A DNA stretch of 49,068 nt from a bacterium (GTDB taxonomy: Bacteria; Myxococcota_A; Bradymonadia; UBA7976; UBA1532). The stretch spans positions 1 through 49,068 of the forward strand of contig JAUHXL010000003.1 in assembly GCA_030426945.1 (NCBI GenBank), read 5' to 3'. Shown in pieces: positions 35,260 through 44,488 of the stretch; position 1 is the stretch's first letter, and every line of letters begins with the position of its first letter. Below the pieces are notes generated by a model. That model did not search any database. It was not told where the DNA came from and was given only the letters and a program-made list of their open reading frames with translations. The position numbers were made by a program, and so were the translations under genes.

Positions 35260-37065
35260 ATGATGGCACTTCTTCGCGCTGGCTGTGCGCTGGGCGTCGT
35301 CCTCGGCGCGTCCGCAGCGCAGGCCCAGACCTTCGAGCGCTTCTGCCTGCCCGAGGGGGACGCCGGCAACGGGCTCAGCCTCGCGGTCAGCCCGGCCAAC
35401 GTCGTACACCTCTCGCGGGTGTTCCGCGTGGGGGGCGGCAACCTGGTCCACACCGAGCTGCCGCCCAGCAACCAGCCGACGAGCACGGTGGTGCTCGAGC
35501 GGGTCAGCCGGCTGGTCAACGACGAGGTCGAGGACACCGATCTGTTGATCGACGCCGCCGGCGGCCTGCACATCTGCTCGTACGACGCCCGCGAGACGGC
35601 CCTGCGTGTGGCCTCGCGGGGGCCGATGGGGTGGGTGGCCGAGACGGTCGCCGACGGCGTGCGGGCCGGCGACGCGTGCGCGCTCTTCGTCGAGGAGGGC
35701 CGGCTGTCGGTCCTGTTCCGGCAGGACGGGGGGCTGTTCCTGGGCGCGCGCATGGGCGCTGACGACTGGCGCGTGACGCCCGTGGATGGCGGCGACGCCG
35801 GGCACGGGGTGTCGCTGGTGCAGACCGCCGCGGGCGCGCTGGTGGCGGCCCACCGCGATCAGGCCGCCGGCACCCTGCGCATCAGCTGGCGCGCCCCCGG
35901 CGGCGCCTGGAGCCACCACGCCGTCATGCGCGAGAGCCGGGTGGGCCTGTCGCCGCGCATCGTCGAGGGCGTCGGCGACGAGGTGTGGGTGTTGCACGGC
36001 GTCGAGCCGCCCGCCGAGGGCAGCGACGCCGGCATGCTGCTCACCCGGGGCAACCCCGACGACGGCTTCGTCACCGTCCAGGTGGCCCAGGACGAGGCCG
36101 GCGGCAGCATCGGCGCCGCGCGCGGCGACGGCGCCCTGCACGTGGTCACGCGCGAGGTGCGGCGCAGCGCCGTCTTTGGCGCCAACGACGCGCTGCGGCA
36201 CTACGCCGCCCTGCCCGAGGACACGCAGTTCGAGGCCTTCGAGCAGCACGGCGCCAACCAGCAGCGGCACGTCTTCCGGTTCATCGAGGTGGCCCTCGAT
36301 CCCTTCGGGCTGCCCGTCGTCGCTGCCCTCGACGAGGCGGCGCCCTTCGGCGCCGATCCCGGATCGGGCCTGACCTGCGTGTGGCGACCGGTGGATCGCG
36401 ACGGGGACGGGCTGCCCGATCAGGTCGAGGCGCGCTTCGGCACCCTGCCGAACGACGCGGACTCGGACGACGACGGGCGGACGGACGGCGAGGAGGTGCT
36501 GGTCGACGGCACGGATCCCTTGGGGCAGGGGCCGCTGCCCGACGCCGGGCCGCCGTCCGATCAGGGGGTGGCGCGCGATCTGGGCGTGGTGGAGGACGGC
36601 GGCGGGCCGGTGGCCGACGCGGGCGTGGGGGTCGATGGGGGCGCCGACGACGACGTGGGTGGCGGCGCCGACGCGGGCGACGTGCTCGCGGATGCCCTGC
36701 CCGCGCGCGAGGACGCCGCGCCGCCCTTGGGTGACGCGGAGGCGGGCGACGACGCGGGCGAGCCGCCCCCCGACGCGGCGACGCCGCCGGCCGACGTCGG
36801 CGCGCCCGGCGATGACGCGCGGCCGCCCCGTGGCGACGTGGGGCCCCGCACGGACGGCGGCGCCGTGCCCATGGCGGACGCGAACGCTGGGGGCGGGGAC
36901 GGCGGGACGCCGCCCGCCGACGGCGGGGGCGACGACGGCTGCCGCGCCCAGCCGGGCGGGCGCGGAGGCCTGCCGCTCGGCGTGCTCGCGCTGCTGGCGC
37001 TGGGTGGGCTGGGCCGCCGACGTCGGCGCGCCGTCGAGGACCGGGGGGCGGGGTCGGCTGGTTGA
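35260..37065 (+). CDS. Cell-surface protein: beta-propeller-like domain, TSP3-type Ca-binding repeats, acidic linker, MYXO-CTERM-like anchor
   Basis: Signal peptide; DRDGDGLPD and DSDDDGRTDGEE..GTDP repeats; C-terminal GGDDGC...hydrophobic helix...RRRRR. Confidence 0.8.
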   Translation: MMALLRAGCALGVVLGASAAQAQTFERFCLPEGDAGNGLSLAVSPANVVHLSRVFRVGGGNLVHTELPPSNQPTSTVVLERVSRLVNDEVEDTDLLIDAAGGLHICSYDARETALRVASRGPMGWVAETVADGVRAGDACALFVEEGRLSVLFRQDGGLFLGARMGADDWRVTPVDGGDAGHGVSLVQTAAGALVAAHRDQAAGTLRISWRAPGGAWSHHAVMRESRVGLSPRIVEGVGDEVWVLHGVEPPAEGSDAGMLLTRGNPDDGFVTVQVAQDEAGGSIGAARGDGALHVVTREVRRSAVFGANDALRHYAALPEDTQFEAFEQHGANQQRHVFRFIEVALDPFGLPVVAALDEAAPFGADPGSGLTCVWRPVDRDGDGLPDQVEARFGTLPNDADSDDDGRTDGEEVLVDGTDPLGQGPLPDAGPPSDQGVARDLGVVEDGGGPVADAGVGVDGGADDDVGGGADAGDVLADALPAREDAAPPLGDAEAGDDAGEPPPDAATPPADVGAPGDDARPPRGDVGPRTDGGAVPMADANAGGGDGGTPPADGGGDDGCRAQPGGRGGLPLGVLALLALGGLGRRRRRAVEDRGAGSAG

Positions 37066-37172
37066 TCGGGCCGCGGTCCCCTGCCACGGTGATGCAGTGA
37101 CAGATCGCCGCGCCTCCCATCGCCCGGAGGCGGCCGGCGCGGTGATCGACGCCCTGCCGGAGGTGCTGCCCG

Positions 37173-37898
37173 ATGACCGAGTTGCCCGATGACCGCGACT
37201 TCGCTCGCGTCGAGGCCGCGACGCGGCGCGCGCGCCCGCCCACCGGCACGCTGCGCGAGGCCGTCGGCGTGTTCGCCCGGGCACGCACGCCGGGCCCCAT
37301 CGCCGCGCTCGTCCTGCTGGCGCTGGCGCTGCGTCTGTTCCTGGGGCCCGCCCGCGCCTGGGAGCTGTGGGTCGCGCCGGCCGTCCTGATCGGCTGGCCC
37401 CTGATGGAGTGGGCCGCGCACCGCTGGATTCTGCACCTGCGACCGCGCCGCGTCCTCGGCCTGCGCGTGGACCCCTACTTCGCCCAGGCCCACCGCCGCC
37501 ACCACCAGAACCCGTCCTATTTTCCGGACGTCTTCTTGCCCCGCGAGGTGGTCTTCGGCGCCTTCGTCGCGTTCTTCGGCGCCTTCACCCTGCTCTGGGA
37601 CGCCGCCTTCGCGGCGACCGCGTTGGTGTTCGTCTCGCTGGCCGCGCTGGCTTACGAGTGGGCCCACTTCATCGCCCACACCGACTACACCCCGCGTGGC
37701 GCCTACGCACGGCGGCTGGTGCGCAACCACCGGCTGCACCACTACCGCAACGAGCGCAACTGGTACGCCTTCACCGTGCCCCACCTGGACGACTGGCTGG
37801 GCACCGGCGGCGGCGCGGCCGACGTGGATCGGTCCGACACCACCCGCACGTTGGGTCAGGCCCCGGTGCCGCCGGCCTTCACGCTGGAGCGCGGCTGA
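37173..37898 (+). CDS. Sterol desaturase / fatty acid hydroxylase family protein
   Basis: His boxes HRWILH, HRRHH, HFIAH and HRLHH, with TM segments. Confidence 0.9.
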   Translation: MTELPDDRDFARVEAATRRARPPTGTLREAVGVFARARTPGPIAALVLLALALRLFLGPARAWELWVAPAVLIGWPLMEWAAHRWILHLRPRRVLGLRVDPYFAQAHRRHHQNPSYFPDVFLPREVVFGAFVAFFGAFTLLWDAAFAATALVFVSLAALAYEWAHFIAHTDYTPRGAYARRLVRNHRLHHYRNERNWYAFTVPHLDDWLGTGGGAADVDRSDTTRTLGQAPVPPAFTLERG

Positions 37899-38433
37899 GC
37901 CGCCACGCCCGGCGCGCGTACAGCGCGACGGCGACGACGCCCAGGGCGCCCGCCGCGAGGGTGAGCTCGGCGGCGCCGCTCGGCCAGAAGCGCCAGGCGG
38001 CGATGGCGGCGAACTGCAGCACCGTCGTCGCCTTGCCCGCGTAGGCGGCCGTGAAGTCGTAGCGTCGGCCGCGGCGCCGCGCGCGGGCGTAGGCGAGCAT
38101 CAGGGGCAACTGCACGACCTCGCGCGCCAGCAGCACGGGCGCCACCCAGGCGGCGGCCTCGGCCTGGACCAGCACGTAGGCGGCCGCCGACGCCACGAAC
38201 ACCTTGTCGCAGAGGGGATCGAGCCACGCGCCGATCGCGTGCGGGATGTCCGGCGCCAGCCGCCGCGCCCACCAGCCGTCCAGCCAGTCCGTCACCGCGG
38301 CGGCGGCAAGGCAGGCGATCAGCCAGGCGTCCGTCGGCGGCAGCACCCACAGCACCGCGGCCAGGGGCACGCGCGACAGGCTGAGCAGGTTCGGCGGCCA
38401 CGTCGGGCGCCGGGTATCGGCGACGGTCGTCAT
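37879..38433 (-). CDS. CDP-alcohol phosphatidyltransferase (PgsA/Cls-like)
   Basis: Motifs PNLLSLSR, TDWLDGWWARR, GAWLDPLCDK, RE and GKATTVLQ. Confidence 0.9.
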   Translation of the reverse strand: MTTVADTRRPTWPPNLLSLSRVPLAAVLWVLPPTDAWLIACLAAAAVTDWLDGWWARRLAPDIPHAIGAWLDPLCDKVFVASAAAYVLVQAEAAAWVAPVLLAREVVQLPLMLAYARARRRGRRYDFTAAYAGKATTVLQFAAIAAWRFWPSGAAELTLAAGALGVVAVALYARRAWRLSRAPA

Positions 38434-39146
38434 CAGGCCGGCGGCAGCCGGGCCGCCAGCGCGCCGAGGCGCGCGCGGGTGCTCGCGAGGGCCAGCAGGC
38501 TGAGCCCGAGCAGCGCCAGGCAGGCGCCCAGGGCGTCGACCGCGAGCAGCACCCAGTCGGCCAGCGCGTCGGGCGGCACGCGGTCGGCGGTGCGATCCAG
38601 GCGGTCGCGGAGGCGGGGCAGCACCTCGGCGCCCGGGCGCAGCTGGGACTCGACCCCGCGCACCACCTGGCGCGCGCGGTCGAGCTGCTCGACGAGGGGG
38701 CCGACCGTCTTCGCCAGCCGGCTCACCTCGTCGAGCGCCTCGCGCGCGTCGCTCGCGCCGGCCCGCACGCCGCGCGCGGCCGCCTTGAGCTTGGCGTTGG
38801 GCAGCACCGGCTGAAACTCGCTGGCGAAGGTGTCGAGGCCGCGCACCAGGGAGCGGCCGGCCTTCTCGGTGGCCTCGAGCACCGTGACCGTCTGGCGCGT
38901 GATCTGGGCCGCCTGGAGCAAGGTGTCGTTGACCACCGGCAGCGCCTGCAGGCCGGACGCCAGGCCGCCCTCGGCCTGCAGGAGCCCCTGCTGGGCGTCG
39001 TCGAACGCGCCCAGCGCGCGCCGCAGGTTGTCCTCGATGGCGGCGCGCTTGCCGTGCGCGGTGGCGACGAGACCCACGCCGCCGACGAGCGCGACGGCGC
39101 CCGCGAGCGCGAGGAGCAGGGTGACGATCGCGCCGATGGCTCTCAT
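38433..39146 (-). CDS. Membrane protein with two terminal TM helices and a central coiled coil
   Basis: GGAGG RBS, hydrophobic N- and C-termini, and a 1-nt overlap with the downstream gene. Confidence 0.7.
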   Translation of the reverse strand: MRAIGAIVTLLLALAGAVALVGGVGLVATAHGKRAAIEDNLRRALGAFDDAQQGLLQAEGGLASGLQALPVVNDTLLQAAQITRQTVTVLEATEKAGRSLVRGLDTFASEFQPVLPNAKLKAAARGVRAGASDAREALDEVSRLAKTVGPLVEQLDRARQVVRGVESQLRPGAEVLPRLRDRLDRTADRVPPDALADWVLLAVDALGACLALLGLSLLALASTRARLGALAARLPPA

Positions 39147-39333
39147 GGCGTCCTCCGTGGGGGCTGGGGCAGGTCGGATGATAGATCGCCTGCGGTGTGG
39201 GGGCACGCGGCCCCGGATCAACGGAGCCGGCCGGGCGTCCGAACCGAGCAGGGGCGACCGTCGGGCGGGCCGGGGGGCGGTTGCGCCGACCCGCGCGGCG
39301 GGGCCAACATGCGCGCTGGACGGAGGAGAGCCG

Positions 39334-40353
39334 ATGCGCACTGGGAGTCTTTGGGTGGGCCTGGCCGTGGCGCTGCTGGCGCTCGCGGGATGCGACGATG
39401 GAGACGACGCCGGCCAGAGCGGCGACGCCGCCGTGACCGTGGACGGCGGGGCGGGCGGCGTCGGCGGTGATCCCGGCGCGGGCGGCATGGGCGGTGCGCC
39501 CGGCGCGGGCGGGGCCGGCGGCATGGGCGGCGCGCCCGGCGCGGGCGGTATGGGCGGTGAGCCCGGCGCGGGCGGTGAGCCCGGCGCGGGCGGGGCCGGC
39601 GGCGGCGCGGGCGGCATGGGCGGTGCGCCCGGCGCGGGCGGGGCCGGCGGCGGCGCGGGCGGCATGGGCGGTGAGCCCGGCGCGGGCGGGGCCGGCGGCG
39701 GCGCGGGCGGCGCGGGCGGCATGGGCGGTGATCCCGGCATGGGCGGCATGGGCGGTCAGCCCGGCCCCGGCTGCGACCACCCCCGCTCGGCCTGCCAGGC
39801 CGACGCCGACTGCGGCGAGGGCGGCACCTGCGCGCCCTTCCCCGAGGCCGGCGCCCCCTGCGTCTGCGTGGGCCCGCCCCCCGAGCCCCAGCGCAACTTC
39901 TGCGAGCCCGGCGGCGGCCTGGGCGGCTGCTGCACGAACGACGAGTGCGCGGCAGATCAGTCCGACGCCGTCTGTCAGGCCGAGGGCTATGACCGCCAGG
40001 GCGCCTACTGCGGCGGCGCCGCGCCCCCCGACTTCAACGGCTGCGTCGCGCCGGCCTGCGCGGGTCACGGCGAGTGCGCCATGGACCAGGTGTGTGTGCC
40101 CGCGGGTCTGTTCGGCTACGTGGTCGCCGAGTGCGCCCGCGCCACCTGCCGCACGGACGCCGACTGCGACGCGCGCGCCGGCGGCGAGTGCCGGCCCTTC
40201 TTCCGGCGCTGCTACGCCGCGGGCCTGCACTGCACCTACGCCGACGATCCCTGTCGGACCGACGCGGACTGCCCGCGGGGGGGTCCCTTCGACCAGTACT
40301 GCGCCCCGGTGATGGACGGCACCGCCTGCCTCGACGACGTCCCGCGGCCCTGA
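39334..40353 (+). CDS. Cys-rich lipoprotein with Gly/Met low-complexity linker
   Basis: GGAGGAG RBS, lipobox LAGC-DD, GGMGG repeats, and repeated C..DADC Cys modules. Confidence 0.82.
   Translation: MRTGSLWVGLAVALLALAGCDDGDDAGQSGDAAVTVDGGAGGVGGDPGAGGMGGAPGAGGAGGMGGAPGAGGMGGEPGAGGEPGAGGAGGGAGGMGGAPGAGGAGGGAGGMGGEPGAGGAGGGAGGAGGMGGDPGMGGMGGQPGPGCDHPRSACQADADCGEGGTCAPFPEAGAPCVCVGPPPEPQRNFCEPGGGLGGCCTNDECAADQSDAVCQAEGYDRQGAYCGGAAPPDFNGCVAPACAGHGECAMDQVCVPAGLFGYVVAECARATCRTDADCDARAGGECRPFFRRCYAAGLHCTYADDPCRTDADCPRGGPFDQYCAPVMDGTACLDDVPRP
39463..39770 (+). repeat. Imperfect coding tandem repeats (core unit about 48 bp, PGAGGAGGGAGGMGG[A/E])
   Basis: Near-identical copies of cccggcgcgggcggggccggcggcggcgcgggcggcatgggcggtg at about 39580-39730, plus shorter derivatives. 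Confidence 0.85.
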
Positions 40354-40363
40354 TCACGGGCCG

Positions 40364-41794
40364 TCACGGCGCCTGGCGGAAGACCACCACGCGCCGCCCC
40401 TCGTGAACCACGGCCACCAGGTCGACGGCGCCGTCACCGTCGAAGTCGGCGGCGGCCAGCCCGGTCAGGGGGGCGCCCAGGTGCAGCTGTCGCACCCGCG
40501 GGAAGCCCAGCGCACCGTCGCCGAACAGGACGGTCAGCGTCCCGCCGCCGGTGGCCGTGCGCCGCGCGAAGTCGAAGTCGCCGCGATCCGCGGTCAGCAC
40601 GTCGGGCCGCCCGTCCGCGTTCACGTCGAGCACCCGGACCTCGTTGGGCCCGTCGCCCGCCGCCACCTCGAACGACGGCGCGAACCGCCGATCACCCAGC
40701 CCGCGCAGCACGCTGATGGTGTCGCCCCCGGCGTAGGTCTCGCCCGCGCCGATCGGCGTGCCGTAATTGCCCGCCACCAGATCCGGCCGCCCGTCGCCGT
40801 CCAGGTCGCCCACGTCCACGAAGAAGGGCCCGTTGCCCACGCGCAGCGGGTCCGGCGGCGAGAAGCCCCCCGCGCCGTCGCCCCAGTTGATCGTGACGTG
40901 ATCGTCGCCCGCGTCGTGGGTGCCCGCGTTGGCGGTGACGATGTCGAGCGCGCCGTCGCCGTCGGCGTCGGCCAGCACCGCGCCGTGCGGCTCGACGCCG
41001 GTGGCGAAGAAGTATGGGCCGGCGAGCGCCCCGTCGGCCCGGCCCAGCAGCACCGACGCGCCCCCGCGCGAGAAGTTGGCCAGCATCAGGTCGTCGAGGC
41101 CGTCGCCGTCCACGTCGCCGGCGTCGACCGAGAAGGGCTGCCCGGCGAGCGCCACGGGCGCGTCGGCGCGCCAGCCCTCGGGCGTCTGCCACACCACCTG
41201 CACCGCGTCCGCGGTGACCAGCGCCACCGCCACGTCCCGGTCGCCGTCGCCGTCGAAGTCACCGGCCGCGACGTCGCCGGCCAGGCCCTGCACGCGGACG
41301 ATGGGATCCTGGGCGAAGGCGCCGCGCCCGTCGTTGCGCTGCACCGTCAGCAGCCCGTCGGCCGAGACGTACGCGAGGTCGGCGTCGCCGTCGCCGTCGA
41401 GGTCGCCCGCCCAGGCCCGCGAGAACAGCTGGGTGCCGCGCAGCTCGCGGCCCGGCTCGGGGCAGAACTCACCGGGCTCGAGGCGCCCGTCGCCGCAGTC
41501 GGCCTCGCGCAGCACCTCGGGGGTGGGATCGGCGTCGGGCGGCGCCGCGTCGGCGGGGGCGCGCGGCGCGGCGTCGCTGGCCGGGTCGGCGTCGGGCGGG
41601 GGCGCCGCGGCGTCCGCGGGCGGCGCGCCGTCGTCTGGGGCCGGCTGCGCGGCGTCGGGTGGGTCGATCTGCGCGTCCCCCAGCGACGCTTCGGCCCCGT
41701 CCGCGTCGACCGGCCGCGCCGACGAGCCGTCGTCGCACCCGGCGGCGGCCACCGCCAGCAGCACGCTGATCCACAGTCCCCGCATGCGCCGCAT
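40364..41794 (-). CDS. FG-GAP/VCBS repeat (beta-propeller) lipoprotein
   Basis: Lipobox AAGC-DD and seven GD.DGDG..D repeats. The start may instead be 41785. Confidence 0.88.
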   Translation of the reverse strand: MRRMRGLWISVLLAVAAAGCDDGSSARPVDADGAEASLGDAQIDPPDAAQPAPDDGAPPADAAAPPPDADPASDAAPRAPADAAPPDADPTPEVLREADCGDGRLEPGEFCPEPGRELRGTQLFSRAWAGDLDGDGDADLAYVSADGLLTVQRNDGRGAFAQDPIVRVQGLAGDVAAGDFDGDGDRDVAVALVTADAVQVVWQTPEGWRADAPVALAGQPFSVDAGDVDGDGLDDLMLANFSRGGASVLLGRADGALAGPYFFATGVEPHGAVLADADGDGALDIVTANAGTHDAGDDHVTINWGDGAGGFSPPDPLRVGNGPFFVDVGDLDGDGRPDLVAGNYGTPIGAGETYAGGDTISVLRGLGDRRFAPSFEVAAGDGPNEVRVLDVNADGRPDVLTADRGDFDFARRTATGGGTLTVLFGDGALGFPRVRQLHLGAPLTGLAAADFDGDGAVDLVAVVHEGRRVVVFRQAP

Positions 41795-41873
41795 CCTACC
41801 CGCCCGCGCGCCGCGCGCGCCACGCCGGCGCCTGCGCTATCCTGCGCCGGATCGCCCATCGGGGAGAGGGACG

Positions 41874-44375
41874 ATGAGACGCACCTTGCTGGTCGGTGCC
41901 TGGGCCGTCTTCGCCCTGGGCGCCTGTGACGACGAGGGCGCGCCGGCCGGCAACGCGCAGGCCGGCCGCGCGGGTCAGCCGTGCGCCTCGTGGGGCTGCG
42001 ATCCCGGGCTCGTCTGTGCGGCGGGCCTGTGCGGGGCGCCCGACGCCGAGGCGCTCGAGGTGGGTCTGGTGGACGCCGCGGCGGACGTCGCGCCGGTCGA
42101 CGCCGCGCTCGACGCCGCGCCCGACGCCGCGCCCGACGCCGCGCCCCCTCGCGCGGATCTGGGCCCGGTCGAGCCGGGCGACCCGTTCGCGATCGGCCCG
42201 GGCGGCGCCTCGCTGGCCGCGACCTACGTCGCCGGCCGCCCGGCGGTGGCCTTCTACGACGCCGACGCCGACGTGCTGCGCTACGCCTGGGCCCGCCGCG
42301 ACGGGCCCCGCCACGCCGGCGAGTGGGTGGTACACGCGGTCGACGCCCGCGGCGGCGTGGGCCGCGATCCCAGCCTGATCGACCTCGACGGCCGCCCGGC
42401 CATCGCCTACCACGACGCCGATCGCGGCGACCTGCTGTTCGCCCGCGCCACGGTCGACTTCCCGCGGGGCCCCGAGGACTGGCGCGTCCACGTGATCGAC
42501 GCGGCGGGCAACGTCGGCCTGTTCGCCCATCTGGCCGTCACCGACGCGCTGGCCGACGATCGCGGCGGCGCCCTCGGCGTGGCCTACTACGACGCCGACG
42601 CGGGCGCGCTGAAGTGGGCCGAGGCGACCCGGCGCGAGCCCAGCGAGGCCGCCGACTGGCAGGTGCAGGTGGTCGACGACGCCGGCGACGCGGGGCAGTA
42701 CGCGTCGGCGATCTTCGAGGTGATCGGGGTCGACGGGCGGCCGGCGCTGCGGCCGGTGATCGCCTACCGCGAGGCGGGCGCGGGCGCGCTGAAGCGGGCG
42801 GCGGGGCCGGTGACCGGCTCGCTCGGCGCGCCCTGGGCCATCGAGGTCGTGGACGACGCGGGCGACGTCGGCGCGTTCGCGGCGCTCAGCGAGGATGGCC
42901 GGGCGCTGGCGTACCGGGACGACGAGGCGCGCGCGCTGAAGGTCGCGCGCCGGGTGGCCGGTGAGGACGGCGGGCCGCCGGTCTGGCAGACCGAGGTGGT
43001 CGACGGCTCGGGCGACGCGGGGCAGGGGGCGCAGATCACGGTGCGCTTCGGGCGGCCGCGGGTGACCTGGCTGGACGCGCGGCGCGGGCAGGTCAAGCAG
43101 GCCCAGCTTCAGGCCGACGGCGCGTGGTCGGCCCGCGTCATCGAGACGGAGGGGCAGCCCGGCGCCGCGCTGGCGTTCGCGCCGGCGCCCTGCGGCGTCG
43201 AGGACGATCAGGGGATCGGGCGGCACACCGGGTTGGTGGTGTACGGCGACGTGGCCGGCGGCGCGGTGCGCTTCGCCTACGACGCCGAGCCCGCGGGCAA
43301 CTGGTTCCTGCACCACCTGCCGGTGCGGGCGGGCGCGGGGGCGTTGGCGACCCGCGACGGGCTGCCGGTGGTCTTCTTCGGTGACCGCGCGCGCGGCGGG
43401 GTGGGGTGGGCCCGCGCGGACACGCGGCTGGCGGTGGACTCGGCCGACTGGCGGGTGGGCGTGGTGGCCGAGGGCGGCCGGGTGAGCCAGGTCGTCGCGA
43501 CCGCCCTGGGCGAGGGCTGGGCCGTCGCGTGGCGGGACGACGACGGCGAGGCCGCCGTCTTCGCCCAGGCGGCCACCGCCGATCCCGGCCCGGACGACTG
43601 GGTGGTGCACCGCCTGCCGCCGCGCGGCGATCTGCACCTGGCCGGGCTGGTGGTGGTCGGCGGCGCGCCGGCGCTCGCGCTGTATGACCGCGGCGAGCGG
43701 GTGCTGCGCTACGCCCGCGCGATCACGCCCACCCCGGCCGCGCCCGAGGACTGGCTGCTGCACGTCGTCGAGGATCGCGACGGCGCGGGCGCCCACGCGG
43801 TGCTCACCGTGATCGGCGAGCGCCCGCACCTGGCCTTCGTCGCGCCCGCCGCCGCCGAGGGCGCGCCGCCCATCGTCGCCCTGGCGCGCGCCACCGTGCC
43901 GGCGCCCGCCTCGAGCGCCGACTGGGTGGCGCACGACGTCGGCGTCGAGCTGACGGTGGACAAGCCGGTCGCGGGGTTGGCCCTGGGCGCCTTCGAGGGC
44001 GCGCCCGCCGTGGCGGTGGCCGCCGACGCCCTGATCTACGCCCACGCCCGCGGCCCCTTGCCCGCCCACGCCGATGACTGGCAGCGCCACGTCGCCGACG
44101 CGCGGCGCGTGGTCGAGGCGCCGGCGCTCGGGGGCTTCGACGACACCCCCGCGCTGCTCTACGGGCTGGGTGAGCCCGACGCCGGGCTCTGGCTGGGCAG
44201 CACGCGCAGCGCCACGCCCGGCGCCCGCAGCGCCTGGCGCTTCGCCCGCCTGGCCGCCCGCGCCGGGCCGACCCCCACCCTGCGGCCGGTGGGCGCGCGC
44301 AGCCTCGAGGGCGTGGTGGGCGTCGCCTATGCGGTGGACGGCTGCGTGGCCTACGGGTGGGCCGCGGCGCCCTGA
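41874..44375 (+). CDS. Large repeat-containing lipoprotein (probable multi-blade beta-propeller)
   Basis: Lipobox LGAC-DD, a small Cys module, a DAAP linker, then more than 10 repeats of W.V.VVD..G.VG...L...GRPA.AYYD....L.YA. Confidence 0.8.
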   Translation: MRRTLLVGAWAVFALGACDDEGAPAGNAQAGRAGQPCASWGCDPGLVCAAGLCGAPDAEALEVGLVDAAADVAPVDAALDAAPDAAPDAAPPRADLGPVEPGDPFAIGPGGASLAATYVAGRPAVAFYDADADVLRYAWARRDGPRHAGEWVVHAVDARGGVGRDPSLIDLDGRPAIAYHDADRGDLLFARATVDFPRGPEDWRVHVIDAAGNVGLFAHLAVTDALADDRGGALGVAYYDADAGALKWAEATRREPSEAADWQVQVVDDAGDAGQYASAIFEVIGVDGRPALRPVIAYREAGAGALKRAAGPVTGSLGAPWAIEVVDDAGDVGAFAALSEDGRALAYRDDEARALKVARRVAGEDGGPPVWQTEVVDGSGDAGQGAQITVRFGRPRVTWLDARRGQVKQAQLQADGAWSARVIETEGQPGAALAFAPAPCGVEDDQGIGRHTGLVVYGDVAGGAVRFAYDAEPAGNWFLHHLPVRAGAGALATRDGLPVVFFGDRARGGVGWARADTRLAVDSADWRVGVVAEGGRVSQVVATALGEGWAVAWRDDDGEAAVFAQAATADPGPDDWVVHRLPPRGDLHLAGLVVVGGAPALALYDRGERVLRYARAITPTPAAPEDWLLHVVEDRDGAGAHAVLTVIGERPHLAFVAPAAAEGAPPIVALARATVPAPASSADWVAHDVGVELTVDKPVAGLALGAFEGAPAVAVAADALIYAHARGPLPAHADDWQRHVADARRVVEAPALGGFDDTPALLYGLGEPDAGLWLGSTRSATPGARSAWRFARLAARAGPTPTLRPVGARSLEGVVGVAYAVDGCVAYGWAAAP

Positions 44376-44488
44376 TCAAGGTCCGAGCCCGCCCCGACGC
44401 TCGAGCCGTGGGAGTCGTCGTGGTCGACCTCGCCGAAACGGCGCCGGGGTCGTTCCGCGTCGGCGGCGCACTCCTCCCGCTGACCCCG

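Noticed and set aside
39463-39770. CRISPR array or non-coding repeat
   Set aside because: The repeats are in-frame multiples of 3 within a CDS and have no unique spacers. No cas genes are present.
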